In this document: positions 7,331-14,404 of the stretch, in pieces
Numbering within the stretch: position 1 is the stretch's first letter
Layout: every line of letters begins with the position of its first letter
Assembly: GCF_000223395.1 (NCBI RefSeq)
Contig: NC_015931.1
Location: 1,200,001 to 1,232,000 of the forward strand
Length of the DNA: 32,000 nt
Origin: Pyrolobus fumarii 1A
GTDB taxonomy: Archaea > Thermoproteota > Thermoprotei_A > Sulfolobales > Pyrodictiaceae
Direction: 5' to 3'
Notes under the pieces: model-generated
What the model was told of the DNA's origin: nothing
Seen by the model: the letters and a program-made list of their open reading frames with translations, nothing else
Databases searched by the model: none
Translations under genes and position numbers: made by a program

Positions 7331-10054
7331 TTGACTGAGGTAATAACTGACGTCGAGAAGCTTTCGAAAAGGGATATTGAGGAGATAGCTAGGCGCGTAG
7401 TTCGCAACCTTGGCGAGTACATTCCGGCAAGTTATCAGAGGTTGTTGAGGAAGCTGGGCAAAGCTATCGAGGCAGGTATACGTGCTAATCACCGCAGGCT
7501 TCTCGTGATAAGTGGTGAGGATCCTGTTCTAGTTGGCGCTCTTGCAGCCAGAGCGATGCTATTCTATGAAAGAGTGTATAGGAGGATTCGTGGCCGCGAA
7601 GAACTGCCAGTGCTTTACGTCTTCCACGACGAGTTTAATGATGCAAAGCTCCGCAAGGAGATAGTCAAGAGAGCTCTGAAGGAACGCGGCGCGATGATAA
7701 CGCCTAGGATAGCTAGGTACGAGGAGAGCGAGCAATACCTAGGCACCACATTCCGCGGCCTCATACTGGATCTTGTCAACGACCTAAAGCCTAATGATGT
7801 TGGTCGTCTTGTCGGCGTTGTAGAGGGAGGAGGCCTCATCATCTTCCTGGTGCCATCGTGGGACAAGTGGGACAAATGGATGACCTTATTCAAGCGCAAC
7901 CTTGTTGTACCCGGTTTCCCCGAGCCAAGACACATATTCATAAAGTGGTTCAAGAGGAAGTTAATGCAGCATCAAGGAATATTCATTTACGATGCTGATG
8001 AGCGACGCGCCATAAAGATTGACGAAGCCTCGTTGAAGCCTCCGAGCGAGCAATACGAACGTAGGATAAGGTTCCCGAAGAAGACAAGGTTACCAGAGGA
8101 CATCTATAGACTTGCGCTGACACAGGATCAGGTTAACGTGATTCATCTTGTTGAGAAGCATCTAGTGGACAAGCCAAAGGGTAGGAGGAAGAAGGTCCTC
8201 GTTATAACAGCTGATCGTGGTCGTGGCAAGTCATGCGCCGTCGGTATAGGCCTTGTAGGCGTGGCCTATCTAATACGCAAACAGAAAGGCAAGAGGAGGG
8301 TACGCATCATAGTAACTGCGCCCAGCCTTAGCAACATCCAGTCGTTCTTCCAGCTGGCTGTGAAGGCTGCAGAAGAGCTGCGTTTGAAACCTCGCGTTGT
8401 GAAACGCTCTGGGATGATACTCGAGCTTCACGGCGAAGGCTTTAGCATTGAGTACTGGGAGCCCATACACGTACCGAAACTCAAAGCGGATATCGTGGCT
8501 GTCGACGAGGCTAGTGGTATACACGTGCCGCTACTACATGCCATCTGGAGGGCTCACAAGAGGCTCGTCTTTGCTACGACGATCCACGGGTATGAGGGAG
8601 CGGGTAGAGGCTTCTCGGTCCGCTTCATGTCAGCAATAAAGCGCGATCCAAACACCGAGCTAGTGATCTATGAGATGCACGAGCCGATACGCTATGCCAA
8701 GAACGACCCAATTGAAAAGTGGCTATTTGACGCGTTGCTGCTAGATGCGGAGCCCGCCGAGCTAGACCGGGAGGACATCCGGGCTATCGAGGAGGGTAGG
8801 CTAGAGTACCTCAAATTGGACCCCGAGTGGCTCTTCAGTGAAGAGGGCGAGCAGACATTACGCCAACTCTTTGGAATATATGTGCTCGCGCACTATCGTA
8901 ACGAGCCAGACGATCTAGCAATTCTCGCCGATGCACCACACCACATAATACGTGCCATGGCAACACCGAGCGGCAAGATCGTGTGCGCGGTTCAAATCGC
9001 ACAGGAGGGTGGATTAGACGACGAGCTTATCGAGGATCTCTTGCGCGGTGGTAAGATAGCGGGTAATATCATACCCGATCGTGTGCTAAAACATCTGCGT
9101 CTATGGGAGTTTGGGCGGAAACGCGGCTGGAGGATAGTGAGGATAGCGACACACCCAGAGGTGCAGGGTAGAGGCATAGGCTCAAGGATGCTTGAGGAGA
9201 TATACGAGGAGGCCAAGGAGAGGGGTCTTGACTGGGTTGGGAGCGGGTTCGGCGTCAACGAGCAACTGCTACGCTTCTGGTTGAAAAATGGCTTCGTGCC
9301 GGTTCACATGTCGCCAGATAGGAACCCTGTAAGCGGCGAGTACACGACGCTAGTCCTTAAGCCGATAGCCGAGGATGTGAAGGAAATGGTAAGGATAGCG
9401 AACCGAGAGTTCCGGAGGAAGCTCCTCGAGAGCCTCCACGATACCTACCGCGACCTCGAACTCGAGGTCGCAAGGATGATGCTGGAGGGTGATGGGTCGC
9501 CAATACTGCCGGGCTACAAGCCGATGCTTACACCGATCCAGGTAGACCGCCTCTGGATATACGCGTATGGCCCGATGACGTTCGAGGCAGCCAACGATAT
9601 CATGCATGAGCTTGCACGTGCTTATTGGCTGCAGGGTAGAGATGAGAGGCCAAAACTCAGTGAGAAGGAAGAGTTACTCCTCATAGCCAAGGCGCTGCAG
9701 GGTAAGAGTTGGGAGAAGGTTGCTGAAGAGCTGGGCTGGAAGGTGTACAAGGTTCTCACCACGATGAAGGAAATTGCGAGGAAGCTGCTCAAGCACTACT
9801 ATGGGCTTGGCCCCGACTCGCCAGTCGGCCTACATGCAGACAAGATTACAGCATTGGAGGTTACGCCAGAAGTGCTACTAAGGCAGCCAGAGACGGGACT
9901 CTACGGTAGAGTCGAAAAGAGCCTCGTGGCAACGAAGCCGGTAGAGGCTAGCGAGGAGAGTGAACACGAAGAGGAGAGGGTGAGAACCCTCGAGGAGATA
10001 GCACGCGCGGCAAAGAGCGAGGAAGACGAGGAGGACGAAGAGTCTCCGATTTGA
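7331..10054 (+). CDS. tmcA: tRNA/RNA cytidine N4-acetyltransferase, TmcA/Nat10 family (paralogue 1, 907 aa)
   Basis: The protein has a helicase-type P-loop TADRGRGKSCAVG, Walker B IVAVDEASGI, the family motif ATTIHGYEGAGRGF, HYRNEPDDLAILADAP, and the GNAT acetyl-CoA loop HPEVQGRGIGSRML. The TTG start is preceded by GGGAGGG. The C-terminal tail is strongly acidic (SEEDEEDEESPI). Confidence 0.85.
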   Translation: MTEVITDVEKLSKRDIEEIARRVVRNLGEYIPASYQRLLRKLGKAIEAGIRANHRRLLVISGEDPVLVGALAARAMLFYERVYRRIRGREELPVLYVFHDEFNDAKLRKEIVKRALKERGAMITPRIARYEESEQYLGTTFRGLILDLVNDLKPNDVGRLVGVVEGGGLIIFLVPSWDKWDKWMTLFKRNLVVPGFPEPRHIFIKWFKRKLMQHQGIFIYDADERRAIKIDEASLKPPSEQYERRIRFPKKTRLPEDIYRLALTQDQVNVIHLVEKHLVDKPKGRRKKVLVITADRGRGKSCAVGIGLVGVAYLIRKQKGKRRVRIIVTAPSLSNIQSFFQLAVKAAEELRLKPRVVKRSGMILELHGEGFSIEYWEPIHVPKLKADIVAVDEASGIHVPLLHAIWRAHKRLVFATTIHGYEGAGRGFSVRFMSAIKRDPNTELVIYEMHEPIRYAKNDPIEKWLFDALLLDAEPAELDREDIRAIEEGRLEYLKLDPEWLFSEEGEQTLRQLFGIYVLAHYRNEPDDLAILADAPHHIIRAMATPSGKIVCAVQIAQEGGLDDELIEDLLRGGKIAGNIIPDRVLKHLRLWEFGRKRGWRIVRIATHPEVQGRGIGSRMLEEIYEEAKERGLDWVGSGFGVNEQLLRFWLKNGFVPVHMSPDRNPVSGEYTTLVLKPIAEDVKEMVRIANREFRRKLLESLHDTYRDLELEVARMMLEGDGSPILPGYKPMLTPIQVDRLWIYAYGPMTFEAANDIMHELARAYWLQGRDERPKLSEKEELLLIAKALQGKSWEKVAEELGWKVYKVLTTMKEIARKLLKHYYGLGPDSPVGLHADKITALEVTPEVLLRQPETGLYGRVEKSLVATKPVEASEESEHEEERVRTLEEIARAAKSEEDEEDEESPI

Positions 10055-10061
10055 CCTTACC

Positions 10062-10820
10062 TCAGCTCTTCTGTGTGTGAAGCACGTTAGGCTTTGATGA
10101 GCTGGAGGTTGACTCTCCACGCCATGGCGTATTGAATATCGCGTATATCTCTCGCGCTCTCTTCTCGCCTATACCCTCTACTCTCATCAACTCCGCTATG
10201 CTCGCATTCGCAACTGCCTTCAACGTCCCAAAGTGCTCTAGTAGCCTCCTAGCCAGCCTAGGGCCTATGATGCTCTCCGCAACGTAGAGGATGCGCTCGT
10301 TTATGCCCATAGGCTTCTTCTCCACCCTCAGCCTTACAACCTTCTTCTCTTCAACGCGACCCAGAGCCTTAGCTTTAGCAGCAAGCCACGCCGCGGTAGC
10401 CTGCTTGTGAGGCGTAGGTAGCACGGGAATACCCCAGTCTAGTAGAATCTCGTCAAGGATTCGAAGGACTGCTGCCATGTTCCATTTTCTCCTCTTCTCG
10501 GCGATGCCCAGCCAACCCTCAAGGATTATGATGGGCTGCGCTCCATCCTCCTCGGCAGCCTCCTTTAGCAGCTTAGCCTGCTCCCAGACTCGATTATCGC
10601 GTATACTATTGAGGAAGTCGTTCACAGTCTTCCTCTCGACAAGCAGGGGCTTCTTACCCTCCGGGGCTAGGAGGTAGTAGTCGCCGGCGTTAAGCGCTAT
10701 ACGGGCAACTCGCAACCCACTCCTCACGAGGTGCTCGAGTATATCCTTGTTCTTCGAAGCCTCCCTAGTGTCAACCACGATATCCACGGGCGCGAGCAGC
10801 TTCTCCGAGAGTATTGGCAT
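10062..10820 (-). CDS. xpf: XPF/ERCC4-family structure-specific endonuclease, short (helicase-less) crenarchaeal form
   Basis: The ERCC4 nuclease motifs GDYYLL ... LLVERKTVNDFLNS are followed by a C-terminal HhH2 region (IAELMRVEGIGEKRAREIY). At 252 aa it has no helicase domain. Its stop codon lies only 7 nt from the stop of convergent tmcA. Confidence 0.85.
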   Translation of the reverse strand: MPILSEKLLAPVDIVVDTREASKNKDILEHLVRSGLRVARIALNAGDYYLLAPEGKKPLLVERKTVNDFLNSIRDNRVWEQAKLLKEAAEEDGAQPIIILEGWLGIAEKRRKWNMAAVLRILDEILLDWGIPVLPTPHKQATAAWLAAKAKALGRVEEKKVVRLRVEKKPMGINERILYVAESIIGPRLARRLLEHFGTLKAVANASIAELMRVEGIGEKRAREIYAIFNTPWRGESTSSSSKPNVLHTQKS

Positions 10821-10858
10821 TACCAGCCCTAGGTCTAGCTATGCATAGTGTCACCGGT

Positions 10859-11101
10859 TTAGACCCGTGCCCTGCAAGCACTGTCCCTAACCCACAACGT
10901 GAACCTCCTCCACGAGTAGAGCCACACCATAAACACCAATGCCGCTATCGAGAGGCGCGCCACACTCGCTACTACATCTCCGCCTCTAACCCCGCTAGCC
11001 AAGATACCAACCAGGATTATGATGAGTATGAGGCCCAACGCGCCATACAAGACTAGCAAGAGCGGCACTAGGATGGCTCTTAGTAAGCGGGGCCTCCGCA
11101 C
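10859..11101 (-). CDS. Small hypothetical membrane protein (2 predicted TM helices)
   Basis: This 80-aa ORF has an Arg-rich N-terminus followed by two hydrophobic stretches (LLRAILVPLLLVLYGALGLILIIILVGILA and LSIAALVFMVWLYSW). It lies 38 nt upstream of xpf on the same strand and starts with GTG. There is no family signature. Confidence 0.35.
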   Translation of the reverse strand: MRRPRLLRAILVPLLLVLYGALGLILIIILVGILASGVRGGDVVASVARLSIAALVFMVWLYSWRRFTLWVRDSACRARV

Positions 11102-11185
11102 GCTCGTGCCTCGTCACCCCGGCACCTCAGTGTAGGTGGACGGCTCTTCAACGGCCCCGTAGGGCCCTAGTTTAAGACTCGGGGG

Positions 11186-12175
11186 TTGGTTTGCTCTTCG
11201 CTGGGGAGGGATTGGCTAGTGCGAGTGCGGATAGAGACTGGCGCTAGGCTACACTTCGGCTTCTATAACCTGATGCCAGTCAGGCGCTTATGGGGCAGTA
11301 TAGGTCTGGCGGTCGACGGAGTCGGATACGACATTGTCATCGAGGAGGGTGGCAACGGTATAGTTGTTGAGGGTTGCCAGCGCGCAAGGTTTCATCGTAT
11401 ATTGCTGGAGGCTCTCGAGAGGCTAAGACTAGGTGATATGAGCATCAAGCTAGTTGCACGCAAGTGTATACCCGAGCATCGCGGGCTAGGCTCAACGACA
11501 CAAGCCAAGCTGGCGGTATACGCTGGTCTCGCGCGACTAGCCAGCCTCGATATTGACGTGTATAAGCTTGCCGAGCTGGCGGGCCGTGGAAAGGTATCGG
11601 GTGTTGGTATAGCTGCATTCGCATACGGGGGTTTCATCATAGACACGGGTAGGAGGGTAGGCGTAGAGACCGGCGTTCCCAAGCCTATGATGCGTATTGA
11701 GCTGCCGGAAAAATGGAGGATAGTCTACCTGACACCCATGACAAGCTGGAGGGTGGCTGAGGAGGGCGAGGTTGTATTCCAGGGATCGATAGACCCCACC
11801 TTGCACTGTACGCTTCTCGAGACTGTCTTTACCTGGCTTGCACCGGCGGCGGTAGAGAAGGACTTTGAGAGTTTCACAGCAGCGCTTGAGGAGATCGAGA
11901 GAATCATGGGGATGTACTTCTCTAAGGCGCAGGAGGGCGCCTATTGCTGTAGGGAGACGGCTGCAGCCGCCGAGGAGCTGCGCAGAGCCGGTGGTAGGGG
12001 CGTGGGCCAGTCTAGTTGGGGTCCGACAGTCTACGCCTTCTTCCCGGACGAGGAGTCAGCTAGAACGGCTCTCAACCAGGCTGCCTCACGGCTAGAGCAG
12101 CGAGGCATACGCCTAGAGTACTATGGAGTGTTGAAGCCACGTAACCGCGGCGCTGTTGTGACGCTGGAGGGGTAG
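11186..12175 (+). CDS. GHMP-kinase-fold protein of the beta-ribofuranosylaminobenzene 5'-phosphate synthase family
   Basis: The N-terminal RIETGARLHFGF is typical of this family, as are the GHMP motif HRGLGSTTQ and GGFIIDTG. The likely real start is GTG 11219, preceded by GGGGAGGG at 11203-11210. The listed TTG 11186 lies only about 10 nt from the TATA-like TTTAAG at 11171-11176. Confidence 0.6.
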   Translation: MVCSSLGRDWLVRVRIETGARLHFGFYNLMPVRRLWGSIGLAVDGVGYDIVIEEGGNGIVVEGCQRARFHRILLEALERLRLGDMSIKLVARKCIPEHRGLGSTTQAKLAVYAGLARLASLDIDVYKLAELAGRGKVSGVGIAAFAYGGFIIDTGRRVGVETGVPKPMMRIELPEKWRIVYLTPMTSWRVAEEGEVVFQGSIDPTLHCTLLETVFTWLAPAAVEKDFESFTAALEEIERIMGMYFSKAQEGAYCCRETAAAAEELRRAGGRGVGQSSWGPTVYAFFPDEESARTALNQAASRLEQRGIRLEYYGVLKPRNRGAVVTLEG

Positions 12176-12176
12176 C

Positions 12177-12854
12177 ATGGAGACGCCCGATGAGAAGCTA
12201 TGGTTGGATAGGAAGATTAGGAGCTGGGAGAGGCTGTGGGAGGATCTCGAGATAGGCTATCTTGATCGCGATATAATCGACATTCTTGTCGAGTTCTTTC
12301 TCCGCCCTAAGAGCTTTACAACGAGTAGCTGTAGCGGCCGCATAGTCGTCATGGATGCCGAGTACCCGTGGGATAAGGAGGAGACGATGATAATATTCAA
12401 GAAGCACGAGCCAGTGACTGTTGATGAGATAATCGAGGTGGTAGAGAGGCCTCTTGCATATAGACCTTGGCTGAGCGTACAAGGCCCAATCATACACGTG
12501 GAGACACTCGATATAGATGAGGCGTTCGAAGTGCTAGAGATAGCTAGGAGAGCTGGCTTCAAACACAGCGGCATACTCGCATCAACAAAGAAGGGTATAC
12601 TCGTGGAGCTAAGAACCGGTATACGTGTAAACATCCCTCTAGGCTCGCGGGACAACCTCTGGGTTGATAAGGAGAGACTGAGAGACATCATAAGCCTCGC
12701 TAATAATGCACTAAGACAAGCGAAGGACAGACTTGCAAGACTCCGCGACGAGCTAAGGAAGGCTAGGCCAGCCAGCCTATGGAGCCCGCCTAGCATACCC
12801 CCTGCAGCCCAGCACTATCTCAAACTGCTCGGCGTGTCACCAGCCGTTAAATAA
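12177..12854 (+). CDS. taw3: tRNA wyosine-derivative methyltransferase Taw3 (TYW3 family)
   Basis: The protein carries the TYW3 family signature TTSSCSGRIVV. Its ATG lies 1 nt after the upstream stop, consistent with translational coupling. Confidence 0.8.
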   Translation: METPDEKLWLDRKIRSWERLWEDLEIGYLDRDIIDILVEFFLRPKSFTTSSCSGRIVVMDAEYPWDKEETMIIFKKHEPVTVDEIIEVVERPLAYRPWLSVQGPIIHVETLDIDEAFEVLEIARRAGFKHSGILASTKKGILVELRTGIRVNIPLGSRDNLWVDKERLRDIISLANNALRQAKDRLARLRDELRKARPASLWSPPSIPPAAQHYLKLLGVSPAVK

Positions 12855-12885
12855 TGCAGAGCACGAGCCCACCCTGGGGGCGCGT

Positions 12886-13047
12886 ATGGCTGGCGGGAGG
12901 CCGTGCCCAGTCTGCGGCCGCGGAATGTTTAGGAGAAAAGCGCTACTAGAGCACATCAAGACCTCCCATGGCTGGTACTTCAAGGAGTTCATTGAGCCGA
13001 AGGGCAAGGGACGTGGCGGCGGCAAGAAGAAGAAGGAGCGTGAGTAA
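12886..13047 (+). CDS. Small C2H2 zinc-finger protein with a basic tail (53 aa; below the ORF-track cutoff)
   Basis: My own translation is MAGGRPCPVCGRGMFRRKALLEHIKTSHGWYFKEFIEPKGKGRGGGKKKKERE. It has classical C-x2-C-x12-H-x4-H spacing, and the ATG is preceded by CTGGGGG. It lies 31 nt after taw3 on the same strand. The competing antisense ORF 12837-13025 is featureless. Confidence 0.55.
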   Translation: MAGGRPCPVCGRGMFRRKALLEHIKTSHGWYFKEFIEPKGKGRGGGKKKKERE

Positions 13048-13178
13048 CGCCCGCCACGCTACAACAGTTTTACACTACATGTTATGCACGTTGCTGTATC
13101 CGCAATGGTTGCCCATGTAGTCCAAAACAGATTTTGCGTACCGTTTACTAGCGTGCATAGATCGGCTCAGTTGACAAG

Positions 13179-13919
13179 CTAGTGGACCACTAGGTTGCCA
13201 AGTGATTGCCACCTGGCTTTGACCATGAGAACTCCTAGTTGTTTCACCCTATAGTCGGGAGGCAACCTATGCCCATGAGCAGCGTAGACTTTGGCAACGT
13301 ATCCCTCCCATCCTTGGTATGCCGGCAGCCTCTCGGCGAGACTCATAGGCGGATCTGTAAGGACATCAGCATCCTCGAAGCGGTAGGGTACGTATCTTAG
13401 ACCATATATGTCCGCTGCATCTGCAGCTTTCTCAGGCGGCAGTATTCTAACCCTGCCGTCCTCCACGATGCCAATATCGAGAACCACTGCATCGTAGTCG
13501 CGTTTATGCTTCCTATGATACCCGTTGGGCGTCAACCTCCTACCATACACCTCGAGGAACACTGCAAAACCGTCTCTCATCATCTCGTAGACCTGCTCTG
13601 CAACACCGGCCATGAACAGCGCTGCTTTTAGCCATCGGGGCGCTGGCTCGCCAAGCACGTTGTACAGCTTACCGCCAATAGCGGCAACCAGGTAGCCGTC
13701 AAACTTGGGCTCAAGGACCACTGGGCCTCTTAGTGTTACGCGGCGACGGCGCAGCAGCGAGGCATACTGGGCTGGGACAAGCACTGGATACAACCTTGTC
13801 TTCACGCTCAATGCGCCCCTCGCGCCTATGGGGGCAGTCGGGGGGCCATACCCTCTTCTCAACATAATAACGGAAGTGGCGAAGGAAGCGTGGCAAGTCG
13901 CCTGGACAGTTCTCGACAA
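13179..13919 (-). CDS. Minimal ATP-dependent RNA/DNA-ligase-like nucleotidyltransferase (NTase domain only); maximal ORF shown, start probably internal (GTG 13805)
   Basis: The covalent nucleotidyltransferase motifs appear in the correct order: I LEPKFDGY, III AVFLEVYG, IIIa DAVVLDIG, IV WEGYVAKV, V VLMVKARW. The ORF ends 11 residues after motif V, leaving no room for an OB or other C-terminal domain. Confidence 0.6.
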   Translation of the reverse strand: MSRTVQATCHASFATSVIMLRRGYGPPTAPIGARGALSVKTRLYPVLVPAQYASLLRRRRVTLRGPVVLEPKFDGYLVAAIGGKLYNVLGEPAPRWLKAALFMAGVAEQVYEMMRDGFAVFLEVYGRRLTPNGYHRKHKRDYDAVVLDIGIVEDGRVRILPPEKAADAADIYGLRYVPYRFEDADVLTDPPMSLAERLPAYQGWEGYVAKVYAAHGHRLPPDYRVKQLGVLMVKARWQSLGNLVVH

Positions 13920-14337
13920 ACTCTATGAACAGGGTTATGAGGCGTAGGCTCTCATCGCTTATGCCATGCTCTATGTAACAAGCGTCTCTCTCGGCGATAT
14001 CCTCCGGCACACCAAGCATCATCAAGAACTTCTTGATAGCCAGGTGTCTCTTGTAGACCTCCTCGGCTACCCTGCGTCCTAAGGGTGTTAGGCTGACCCC
14101 AGAGTGCTTCTTGTAGTCCACGAGCCCCTTCTTAGCCAGCTTCTCGAGGAACTCTACGACAGTCGGGGGTTTGACGCCTAGACGTTCAGCAAGGTCCTTG
14201 ACGCGAATCTTACCCTTGCTCTTCTCGAGGAAAAGCATAGCCTCGAGATACTCTTCCTCCCTCCTGTTCAGCTTAAGCTGCTGCAATTGGGGGCTCGGTG
14301 CTCGGCTGGACTCAGCACGTGTCTCAGCATAATCCAC
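13711..14337 (-). CDS. DtxR/MntR-family metal-dependent transcriptional regulator
   Basis: REEEYLEAMLFLEKSKGKIRVKDLAERLGVKPPTVVEFLEKLAKKGLV is a winged HTH of this family. It is followed by the dimerisation/metal-site region KRHLAIKKFLMMLGVPEDIAERDACYIEHGISDESL. The last 30-45 residues are low-complexity and overlap the ligase-like ORF. Confidence 0.8.
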   Translation of the reverse strand: MDYAETRAESSRAPSPQLQQLKLNRREEEYLEAMLFLEKSKGKIRVKDLAERLGVKPPTVVEFLEKLAKKGLVDYKKHSGVSLTPLGRRVAEEVYKRHLAIKKFLMMLGVPEDIAERDACYIEHGISDESLRLITLFIEFVENCPGDLPRFLRHFRYYVEKRVWPPDCPHRREGRIEREDKVVSSACPSPVCLAAAPSPRNTKRPSGP

Positions 14338-14355
14338 GGCTCCTCACTGCCCTTG

Positions 14356-14386
14356 TAGGCGAACCTAACAACACACCAGTTTAAAC
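14356..14386. promoter_or_regulatory. Divergent promoter region of the DtxR-like gene, with a candidate operator
   Basis: A palindromic TATA-like GTTTAAAC (14379-14386) is accompanied by TAGG-CGAA-CCTAAC (14356-14369), which lies between it and the GTG 14337 start. The same TAGG-N4-CCTAAC string occurs upstream of feoB. Confidence 0.4.
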
Positions 14387-14404
14387 CCTTGACCATCGGC
14401 TGCT

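Noticed and set aside
7268-7337. A possible C/D-box sRNA upstream of tmcA, with a GTGATTA C-box-like element and CTGA at the tmcA start.
   Set aside because: The C box has a mismatch, there are no convincing C'/D' boxes, and the terminal stem is absent. The CTGA lies inside the tmcA start region, and the G-rich part is better explained as its ribosome-binding site.
10814-11056. The plus-strand 80-aa ORF overlapping the xpf start.
   Set aside because: The protein is low-complexity and polar, and it overlaps the xpf start codon. The opposite-strand ORF 10859-11101 has two clean TM helices and is the more plausible gene, although its own confidence is low.
12837-13025. The listed 62-aa minus-strand ORF antisense to the zinc-finger ORF.
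   Set aside because: The protein is a featureless Pro/Ser-rich sequence with no ribosome-binding site or motif. The plus-strand ORF has an exact C2H2 pattern and sits in an operon-like position.
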